IMG/VR virus record: IMGVR_UViG_3300024054_000550 | Span: 1-45,201 of that record | Strand: one strand, 5' to 3' | Length of the DNA: 45,201 bases | Origin: a virus | Taxonomy: Duplodnaviria > Caudoviricetes | Part shown: positions 1-6,303 of the stretch, piece by piece | How the letters are laid out: every line of letters begins with the position of its first letter | Position numbering within the stretch: position 1 is the first letter of the stretch | Made by a program: the position numbers and the translations under genes | Notes under the pieces: model-generated | Seen by the model: only the letters and a program-made list of their open reading frames with translations | Database searches by the model: none | Told to the model about the DNA's origin: nothing

Positions 1-174
1 TTATTTTAACATTTTGGCATCACTCATACACTGCACATTATTACATGTTTGTTTAACACAGGTAACCCAGAAATCATTTTGGGATTTACTCAGTGTAGCG
101 CATCCTACTGTACTCAATAGAATGAAAATAGTTAAAATACTTTTCACATTCTTCATTTTGAAAATTTCGAACAT
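1..174 (-). CDS. small putative lipoprotein
   Basis: ATG at 174 with SD AAAGGA downstream of the promoter at 203-230; hydrophobic stretch then lipobox-like LSTVG/C. The track start at 204 lies inside the promoter. Confidence 0.5.
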   Translation of the reverse strand: MFEIFKMKNVKSILTIFILLSTVGCATLSKSQNDFWVTCVKQTCNNVQCMSDAKMLK

Positions 175-202
175 TTCAAATCCTTTACTATTCAGTAAAA
201 TC

Positions 203-230
203 ATTATAATACAATTTCTTAAAATGTAAA
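203..230 (-). promoter_or_regulatory. sigma70-type early promoter, copy 1 of 5
   Basis: TTTACA-N16-TATAAT with upstream A-tracts; same ~55-nt block recurs near 1415, 2217, 4152 and 4561. Confidence 0.8.
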
Positions 231-275
231 GTGATTTTGAAAATATTTTTTGAGATTTTTACAAAGTTGATATTT

Positions 276-523
276 TGGTGGAGATAAGAATTCAATTTAA
301 GTTCCAATAAGTTCTAAAGTTACTTAACAACAAACAACCCACAAATTACAACAATCAAGCCACAAAGTTCTATTATCCAGGAGCAACAAGCAAAGTAATT
401 TTTACTGGAGCAATTAACTGTTTTTTGGCTAATTTTGGATAAGTTTTTACACTTATGAAGTATAATTCTTGTAGAATTATTTTTGTAACTTAAGTATTGA
501 ACTCTCTTATCGTTCTTATCCCC
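276..523 (-). ncRNA. candidate ~248-nt RNA closed by an Ala-type acceptor stem ending in ACCA
   Basis: 5' GGGGAUAAGAA pairs with UUCUUAUCUCC-ACCA (11 bp, G3.U70); internal hairpins; no T-arm. Confidence 0.6.
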
Positions 524-529
524 TAACTT

Positions 530-1120
530 TTACAGGATGCCTTCCTCTTTTAGAACATTTACATCCTGCTCGACTAAAGTAATATTTGTTTCAATATTTA
601 TTTTTAGAAGAGCGTCCTGAAGATCTTGCTTAAAACGCTTTAATTCCTTAAGTTTATCATTCGCTGCTTCGATATCGAATTTGTTAAGAACAGTTGTATC
701 TACAACACCAAAATTAGAGTTAAGATACATTGCTCTGGTTGAAATTTCCGCAGATACATTAGCAGCCTTTGCTTTATTCACCCGAGCTGTTAATTCGTCA
801 ACTGTTTTTGCTTCAGGAGTATTTGCTAACAATTCTCTGATAGCAATTCTGCTGTTAATGTACTCAATTTTTGTAAGCAAGTCATTAATTCCAGCCTGTG
901 TGTTAGCCCGGCCAACTAATGTTCGAATATTGAACAACGTTTCATTCAATTGTTCCTTGCGTGTAACTAAGTTGAAAAAATTGGTCTTGGCTTCTTTAAT
1001 TGCACTATCAATGGAAGGTGTAAACTCTGTTACAGACGTAATCACATCTAACTTGATAGAATTAATAATTCTACGAATCTCAGCTTGAATCGCACTTGCT
1101 TTACGAAGATTTATTTGCAT
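530..1120 (-). CDS. helical/coiled-coil hypothetical protein (possibly DIP1984-like)
   Basis: 196-aa ORF with SD AAGGA and heptad-like pattern; family resemblance is tentative. Confidence 0.6.
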   Translation of the reverse strand: MQINLRKASAIQAEIRRIINSIKLDVITSVTEFTPSIDSAIKEAKTNFFNLVTRKEQLNETLFNIRTLVGRANTQAGINDLLTKIEYINSRIAIRELLANTPEAKTVDELTARVNKAKAANVSAEISTRAMYLNSNFGVVDTTVLNKFDIEAANDKLKELKRFKQDLQDALLKINIETNITLVEQDVNVLKEEGIL

Positions 1121-1174
1121 TTTTAATCCTTTTTAATGTTATTATATCATAACGTATTTTCAAATTCATCCAAA

Positions 1175-1378
1175 TTATTGCAATGACATATATGCGATAT
1201 GTTGCAGAACATCTGGATAATTAAGTTCGAGATATTCTAACTCATTTGGAAGAAGTTCTTCACCATTATGTTTGTATCCTTCTGTGAAATATGCATCACA
1301 GAAATCTGGATAATCTTTAGGATCAACGCCATCGACTCCAAGAGAACTGATATTAACTTCATTCATGGTAATGCACAT
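1175..1378 (-). CDS. small acidic phage hypothetical protein (DYPDFCDAY motif)
   Basis: ORF directly behind early promoter copy 2; motif typical of small phage proteins. Confidence 0.65.
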   Translation of the reverse strand: MCITMNEVNISSLGVDGVDPKDYPDFCDAYFTEGYKHNGEELLPNELEYLELNYPDVLQHIAYMSLQ

Positions 1379-1414
1379 TTTGATTTCTCTCTCAATTACT
1401 GTTTTAGTAAAATC

Positions 1415-1442
1415 ATTATATCACAATCTCTTAAAATATAAA
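1415..1442 (-). promoter_or_regulatory. early promoter, copy 2
   Basis: TTTATA-N16-TATAAT with TGn extended -10. Confidence 0.75.
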
Positions 1443-1507
1443 GCGATTTTTGAAAATATTTTTTAAGTTATTAACATTTATTGTGTTTTACCAAAACACT
1501 AGTTACT

Positions 1508-1602
1508 TGGCGGAGCGTATTGGATTCGAACCAATGATCCCTATTTTTGCAGGAATGCTCCCTTAGCAGGGGAGTGCCTTCGACCAACTCGGCCAACGCT
1601 CC
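1508..1602 (-). tRNA. tRNA-Ser(GCT)
   Basis: Cloverleaf with long variable arm, loop CTGCTAA, GTTCGAATC, encoded CCA. Confidence 0.95.
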
Positions 1603-1634
1603 AGTATTTTAATACTCGTTTTTAATGAATTATA

Positions 1635-1709
1635 TGGATGCAGCCGTGGCAGTTTGCATCCACTTCCAACACAGGTTATGAGCCTGGTGTCAGACTAACG
1701 GAAGCTGCG
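1635..1709 (-). tRNA. atypical tRNA-Met(CAT), initiator-like
   Basis: Loop CTCATAA in CAGG/CCTG stem, C1:A72 mismatch, CCA end; D-arm and T-loop (TGCAAAC) non-canonical. Confidence 0.65.
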
Positions 1710-1716
1710 ATTATTT

Positions 1717-1809
1717 TGGTGAGTGACCACGGATTCGAACCGCGAATGTTCACCTCGAGGGACCAGATTTACAGTCTGGTGTAGCACACGCCATAGCTAC
1801 AAGTCACTC
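1717..1809 (-). tRNA. tRNA-Tyr(GTA)
   Basis: CCAGA-CTGTAAA-TCTGG, long variable arm, GGTTCGAATCC, CCA. Confidence 0.93.
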
Positions 1810-1813
1810 ATAA

Positions 1814-2175
1814 TTTTTAACAAATTAAATACTCAGGTGTGCTGTTACGCCAAAGAATTTATAATTGCATTTGTACCGGGCACCATAATCCATTGGTAGC
1901 AATAACCATTCTAATTAGTAGTCTGGCACCATACCAGTTTGCCATCTTCTCTGAGCTAGGTCAGGTGGTTATGCTGACTAGGTTTATCTCAGGAAGTGAT
2001 ACAGTTCAATCGGATCTCCTATTGTCTGTATCCAGTACTATAAATTCACTCCTTAGCGGCAAATATTCTCGGTGATATCCCGATTTAATCTGTTGACCCT
2101 GGCACAATCAACTGATTATACTGTATCAATGGCTGCTTTTAAGCCTACCGTCCGGAGTACTTAATTTGTTAAAAA
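1814..2175 (-). ncRNA. large structured RNA containing a split LSU rRNA H43-H44 (uL11-binding GTPase-associated centre) mimic
   Basis: 21-bp terminal stem (1814-1834/2155-2175, one G.U); GGACGGUAGGCUUAAAAGCAGCCAU (2153-2129), CCGCUAAGGAGU (2059-2048) and GCGUAACAGCACACC (1850-1836) match 23S/28S positions ~1054-1105. Confidence 0.85.
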
Positions 2176-2244
2176 ACTTATATTTGAACTTATCTGTTCA
2201 TTTATTTTACAGTAAAATTATATCACAATTTCTTAAAATGTGAA
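2167..2244 (-). promoter_or_regulatory. early promoter copy 3 with boxB-like hairpin and boxA-like leader
   Basis: Promoter 2217-2244; hairpin TGAAC-AGATAA-GTTCA 2185-2200; GTTTTTTAACA 2167-2177. Confidence 0.7.
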
Positions 2245-2267
2245 GTGATTTCAAACATTTTTTTATA

Positions 2268-2437
2268 TCTAATGATTAGAGTACTGCCATCTGTTTAAGG
2301 ACATATAGTTGTCCCCTGAGTAAGTAATATATCCCACCACAGGATTGCACATTATAGTGATTACTTATACAGGTCGGTATTACCATGACAGTCTGGCCGT
2401 TGGTTAGACACTTCGCTCACAGACTCTAACTATTAGA
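2268..2437 (-). ncRNA. candidate structured RNA (~170 nt), family unknown
   Basis: Terminal inverted repeat 2268-2282/2423-2437; nested stems ACUGUCAU/AUGGCAGU, CCUG/CAGG, UAAGUAAU/AUUACUUA, GGACA/UGUCC. Confidence 0.6.
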
Positions 2438-3074
2438 ATTTTCTCATATTACCTTTATGATCAATAATCCATGCATGAAATTTAATGTTAGGATATTCTG
2501 ATTCTAACGATTTAAAATAACTTAAATTTGTTCTTGAGTCATCATACATATGAACATCAGAATAATTCCCAATTTCGATATCTTTACGAATGTGAACCAA
2601 TTTTTTCTTAGCTGGAATATCATTCCCGGGGAGATTACCAGCTCTATAAACATAGATATCATCTATGTCTATACCATATTTCTTAAACGTATTCAAGAAT
2701 AAATGTTTATCATTAAAATCTTCCCGAGCAGTATTCATAATAATCTTTGAATTAGGAGTTAGATTTAATTTAATCTTATTATGAATCCTGTTTAACTGTT
2801 CAATCATTTGCATGATTGGCTTTGATTCTGTATTGAATTTTAGAGAATCTCTGAACTCGGTAAAATCATATTCATTTCCTTGTTCCAGTTTATGATTATT
2901 GAACTCACTACTAGTTAGTTTTTGCAGAATATTACCTGTTTTATCTTTAACTATAATTTCTGCATTTGTGTGCATTAATGTTTCGTCAATATCGAAAACA
3001 TGTAATGAACCTGATGAACCTGATGAACCTGACGAACCCGTCGAACCTTCTGCTAAAAATTTTTTGAAACTCAT
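2433..3074 (-). CDS. HAD-superfamily phosphatase (possibly RNA-end healing)
   Basis: Motif I VFDIDET, motif II NTAR, motif IV MYDDS; N-terminal GSS repeat from a 9-nt tandem repeat. Confidence 0.75.
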   Translation of the reverse strand: MSFKKFLAEGSTGSSGSSGSSGSLHVFDIDETLMHTNAEIIVKDKTGNILQKLTSSEFNNHKLEQGNEYDFTEFRDSLKFNTESKPIMQMIEQLNRIHNKIKLNLTPNSKIIMNTAREDFNDKHLFLNTFKKYGIDIDDIYVYRAGNLPGNDIPAKKKLVHIRKDIEIGNYSDVHMYDDSRTNLSYFKSLESEYPNIKFHAWIIDHKGNMRKF

Positions 3075-3116
3075 TTTTTAAAGTTCATTAGAATTATCAT
3101 AAATTAAAACAAATTG

Positions 3117-3192
3117 CTGACCGAGCAGAGAACGATTCTGCCTCCTCCTGATTAACAGTCAGGCACGTCTCACCAATGAACGTTATCGGTCA
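3117..3192 (-). tRNA. tRNA-Asn(GTT), non-canonical T-loop, no encoded CCA
   Basis: All four stems pair; CCTGA-CTGTTAA-TCAGG; T-loop ATCGTTC. Confidence 0.8.
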
Positions 3193-3220
3193 ACGATTTG
3201 CTTTAAATTAAAATTCACTT

Positions 3221-3247
3221 CTGCTCTACCAACTGAGCTATCGAGGA
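3221..3247 (-). pseudogene. 5' fragment of a tRNA (acceptor strand + D-arm)
   Basis: TCCTCGATAGCTCAGTTGGTAGAGCAG with no anticodon or T-arm following. Confidence 0.65.
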
Positions 3248-3262
3248 ATAAAGTTATTTATA

Positions 3263-3380
3263 CCATATCAAAGAATACTGGTATCTTAGGATTCGTTCAT
3301 TAAGCAGACCGGCCGGCTCTCTTAATTTTTAATCCCCAATCAAACCCGATCAAGGTTCAATTCAATATTCTTTAATATGG
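3263..3380 (-). ncRNA. candidate structured RNA (~118 nt) abutting the tRNA-Glu 3' end
   Basis: 15-bp closing stem CCAUAUUAAAGAAUA/UAUUCUUUGAUAUGG (U.G on minus strand); inner hairpins AACC/GGUU, GGAUU/AAUCC, UUAAG/CUUAA. Confidence 0.55.
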
Positions 3381-3453
3381 CGTCTCCACGGGGATTCGAA
3401 CCCCGGTACCAACCGTGAAAGGGTTGTGTCCTAGGCCTCTAGACGATGGAGAC
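3378..3453 (-). tRNA. tRNA-Glu(TTC)
   Basis: CAACC-CTTTCAC-GGTTG, canonical T-arm, CCA. Confidence 0.96.
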
Positions 3454-3464
3454 ATATTTTAATT

Positions 3465-3540
3465 TGGTGGAGGATGACGGGATCGAACCGACGACACCCT
3501 GCTTGCAAAGCAGGTGCTCTCCCAGCTGAGCTAATCCCCC
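3465..3540 (-). tRNA. tRNA-Ala(TGC)
   Basis: GGGGGAT start with G3.U70, loop TTTGCAA, CCA. Confidence 0.96.
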
Positions 3541-3574
3541 AAAATTCATTTAACACAAAAACACGGGTTTATTC

Positions 3575-3657
3575 TGGTGGGGAATGAGAGACTCGAACTC
3601 TCAAGCCGAAGCGTCTGATCTTAAGTCAGATGTGTTTGCCAATTTCACCAATCCCCC
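3575..3657 (-). tRNA. tRNA-Leu(TAA)
   Basis: TCTGA-CTTAAGA-TCAGA, variable arm, CCA. Confidence 0.95.
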
Positions 3658-3672
3658 AAAAAATCATCATAA

Positions 3673-3695
3673 TTCCCTAACCGGACTTGAACCGG
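3673..3695 (-). pseudogene. 3' fragment of a tRNA (T-arm + acceptor strand)
   Basis: CCGGTTCAAGTCCGGTTAGGGA isolated in AT-rich spacer. Confidence 0.5.
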
Positions 3696-3758
3696 AATTT
3701 TTAAATCAATTAATTTTAAAAGAGCTGTTTAATGTATTATACATACATTTTTTTAATC

Positions 3759-3849
3759 TGGCGGAAGGCTGGAGAGTCGAACTCCAAAGGCGCTATTAAC
3801 GCTCAACTGTTTTCAAGACAGGTACCGTCACCAATCGGTTTGGCCTTCC
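3759..3849 (-). tRNA. tRNA-Ser(TGA)
   Basis: Loop CTTGAAA, long variable arm, CCA. Confidence 0.95.
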
Positions 3850-3857
3850 GTATAACT

Positions 3858-3932
3858 TGGAGCATCTAGTCAGAATCGAACTGACATCCTCAGCTTGGAA
3901 GGCTGTGATAATAACCATTATACGATAGATGC
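3858..3932 (-). tRNA. tRNA-Gly(TCC)
   Basis: CAGC-CTTCCAA-GCTG, U73 discriminator, CCA. Confidence 0.95.
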
Positions 3933-3947
3933 ATTCTAATTTAAAAT

Positions 3948-4022
3948 TGGCACGCTTGCCTGGATTCGAACCAGGAATGAGGGTTTAGAAGACCCTAGTG
4001 ATATCCCTTTCACCACAAGCGT
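3948..4022 (-). tRNA. tRNA-Arg(TCT)
   Basis: AGGGT-CTTCTAA-ACCCT, GGTTCGAATCC, CCA. Confidence 0.95.
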
Positions 4023-4096
4023 AATAATCTTTTATTCAAATTAAAACATATTGTAATGATACCAGGTTCGACCCTGGGTAACATTAAGATACATTT

Positions 4097-4179
4097 TGTT
4101 AAAGAGCTTGTTAAATATTTGAACTTATCTGTTCATTTATTTTGTAGTGAAATTATATCACAATTTCTAAAAATGTAAA
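4097..4179 (-). promoter_or_regulatory. early promoter copy 4 with boxB-like hairpin and rrn-type boxA
   Basis: Promoter 4152-4179; hairpin 4120-4135; GCTCTTTAACA at 4097-4107 (E. coli rrn boxA is TGCTCTTTAACA). Confidence 0.8.
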
Positions 4180-4242
4180 GTGTTTTTTGAATATTTTTTG
4201 AATTTTTTTTTTGCAATTTTTTGAAAATTACAAATGCTGAAT

Positions 4243-4318
4243 TGGTGCTCTGTGACTGAATCGAACAGTCTATCTCCGGGTTACAAATCCGGCGCATCGC
4301 CAGCAATGCTTACAGAGC
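4243..4318 (-). tRNA. tRNA-Thr(TGT)
   Basis: CCGGA-TTTGTAA-CCCGG, CCA; late promoter TATAAATA at 4326-4333 just upstream. Confidence 0.93.
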
Positions 4319-4342
4319 GTATTTTTATTTATATTTGAGTAT

Positions 4343-4510
4343 TCAAACCGGTCCAACCATCCGAGCGTGACACCCAGTATGCTTCGAGCGTTTGTTAATT
4401 CCAATAATCATTTCTTGAGCATCTTTCTTTGATTTAAATTTATCAAGAAAGATTTTTCCATCATCACGAACGACACGAATTTGATATTCACGATTTTCCG
4501 AGCGATTCAT
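4343..4510 (-). CDS. 55-aa early hypothetical protein (not in ORF track)
   Basis: MNRSENREYQIRVVRDDGKIFLDKF...MVGPV*, SD AAGGA, behind promoter copy 5. Confidence 0.65.
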   Translation of the reverse strand: MNRSENREYQIRVVRDDGKIFLDKFKSKKDAQEMIIGINKRSKHTGCHARMVGPV

Positions 4511-4560
4511 TTCGATTCCTTAAAATTCCTTAAAATGCTCAACAAATATTGAGTAAAATC

Positions 4561-4588
4561 ATTATATCACAATTTCTGAAAATGTAAA
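4561..4588 (-). promoter_or_regulatory. early promoter, copy 5
   Basis: TTTACA-N16-TATAAT with TGn, phased A-tracts upstream. Confidence 0.8.
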
Positions 4589-4686
4589 GTGATTTTTGAA
4601 ATTTTTTGAAAATTTTTTGAAAATATCTTGGGACGTAAAAGAATTGAATTGATTCTTTTATCATTCCCAAGACATTTATGCCGTAA

Positions 4687-5373
4687 TTAGAACTTGTAAG
4701 AACTCGTGATGGAGAATTGATTCTTACGATTTACACCAAGAGAATCATTACCGGTAATGTCGTATTTAGCAACAACAGTTATGTTCTTAGTTAAATCTTT
4801 AGCAACCGAGATATCGTAGCTTGTTCCAGATGTGTTTCGTTTATTATACCAATCCTTAGAAATTCCACCAGAAATGTTATATCCAGAATAGGCACTTCCG
4901 TATCCAATTCTAGCATATGAATCTTTAGAATTATTCAGAACAGAAGAATCTAAAGTTTTAGAATATTCTGCTGAAACACCATAAATTGTTGTACTAATGA
5001 AAGCCTCTCCAAAATTAAGGTCAGATGCCTTTCCAAGATCATTGCTTCCACTATATGAATAAATTCTATACCCAGCAGATACAGGAACACTTAGTACATT
5101 TTTCTGAATTCCACCAGAAACGATATGAAGCATATTAGCTTTTCGTTCTTTAAGACTAACGGTATTTAGATCATAAGTACCGAACAGCCCTCGAACTGAA
5201 TCTTTGACAGATGCACTAAATCCAAGACCTAGATCATTGTCTGTAATTGTATTCCCTCGTAATGTATTATTGGTACTTCCGAGAACAGATGCTGATGTTT
5301 GAATATCAGCTTGTGCGACTGTGCTCATTCCGATTAGAATGATTGCTTTACTTAGATTGCTTAAATTAAACAT
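4687..5373 (-). CDS. outer-membrane beta-barrel protein (TorF-like putative porin)
   Basis: Signal peptide (AQA), amphipathic beta strands, C-terminal YKF barrel signal. Confidence 0.7.
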   Translation of the reverse strand: MFNLSNLSKAIILIGMSTVAQADIQTSASVLGSTNNTLRGNTITDNDLGLGFSASVKDSVRGLFGTYDLNTVSLKERKANMLHIVSGGIQKNVLSVPVSAGYRIYSYSGSNDLGKASDLNFGEAFISTTIYGVSAEYSKTLDSSVLNNSKDSYARIGYGSAYSGYNISGGISKDWYNKRNTSGTSYDISVAKDLTKNITVVAKYDITGNDSLGVNRKNQFSITSSYKF

Positions 5374-5549
5374 AGTACTCCCTTGTTAAATAATAGACTT
5401 TTAATCTATAATTAATAATATCACCAAAGCGATTAACAATGTTTATCACCAAATCGAAAATTGCTCTTTTGATATTTTGTTACAAAAATGATACAAAAAA
5501 CTTTTATTATCTTCTGTGAACGTCTATGATCACTCAATCATTTTTGAAT

Positions 5550-6188
5550 TTAAGAATTCTCTTTAAGTAACTTTACTATTTTATTGTATTGCTCAATTCG
5601 ATCGTCTAAACCGATGTATCCACCATTGATTTTTCGAGTCATTCCCTTCAAATCTTCTTTATCAGCGAAGGAATTCAAGTCATTAGCATTCCAGAACCAA
5701 ATAGCTGATTTTATCATTATATCGGTATCTGTGCATATCAAATCTGGATTTGAAATTAAATCTATGTTTATCGACTTCGAGAGTGCTGTATAATTTGACT
5801 TTCCAGTTATTTGGATTGGTCCTCTTCCCCTGTACTTATATCCATCTCCTGATGATTCATCTGAGTTTCCCATTCTTGAAGCATAGACTCTATTAGCTAT
5901 TTTTTCTGGATTTTTGGCATATTTTTTCGAATCAATTCCTGCATCTTTGAAATACTTAGGAAAGGTAAGATCTAAACCCGAAGCACTGTAATTAAGATTT
6001 TCTGAGAATACTCTGAAACCACCAGATTCATGAGCACATTGGGCTATAAATGATGCTATCCGTTTAGCGTTATTGATCTTATTAGGCTCGAATAACTTTT
6101 TCATTGATTTAATTAAATCATTTGAAATCTTGCAATTAGGATAAAGTTCAGCAAATTGTGACTCTGTTAGCATTTGAAATATCTCCAT
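5550..6188 (-). CDS. glycoside hydrolase family 19 endolysin
   Basis: AHESGG, ENLNYS, YRGRGPIQITG, AIWFW, INGG motifs. Confidence 0.92.
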   Translation of the reverse strand: MEIFQMLTESQFAELYPNCKISNDLIKSMKKLFEPNKINNAKRIASFIAQCAHESGGFRVFSENLNYSASGLDLTFPKYFKDAGIDSKKYAKNPEKIANRVYASRMGNSDESSGDGYKYRGRGPIQITGKSNYTALSKSINIDLISNPDLICTDTDIMIKSAIWFWNANDLNSFADKEDLKGMTRKINGGYIGLDDRIEQYNKIVKLLKENS

Positions 6189-6224
6189 TTTGAATTATTT
6201 ATTAATCAGATTCTAAAATACTCA

Positions 6225-6256
6225 AAAAAATAGATCAGATTTTACTCTGATCTATT
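6225..6256 (-). terminator. rho-independent terminator
   Basis: AATAGATCAGA-loop-TCTGATCTATT followed by a U-tract on the minus strand. Confidence 0.75.
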
Positions 6257-6303
6257 AATTTCTCCTGTTTTTGTTTTTATTTATATTTCATGATCTTATG
6301 ATC

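Noticed and set aside
1839-2075. 78-aa plus-strand ORF
   Set aside because: Antisense to the structured GAC-mimic RNA, no SD; explained by higher GC of the RNA.
1814-2175. Contaminating or chimeric rRNA fragment
   Set aside because: The match is split by two self-folding inserts, mixes bacterial and eukaryote/archaeal-type states, and is enclosed by a phage-like AT-rich stem behind the phage promoter.
4054-4086. Plus-strand T-arm-like CCAGGTTCGACCCTGG as a tRNA
   Set aside because: No other arms and opposite to the array orientation; better explained as a leader hairpin after boxA.
195-4620. Dispersed ~55-nt repeats as CRISPR repeats or att sites
   Set aside because: Irregular kb-scale spacing; each copy reads as a -35/-10 promoter ahead of a gene.
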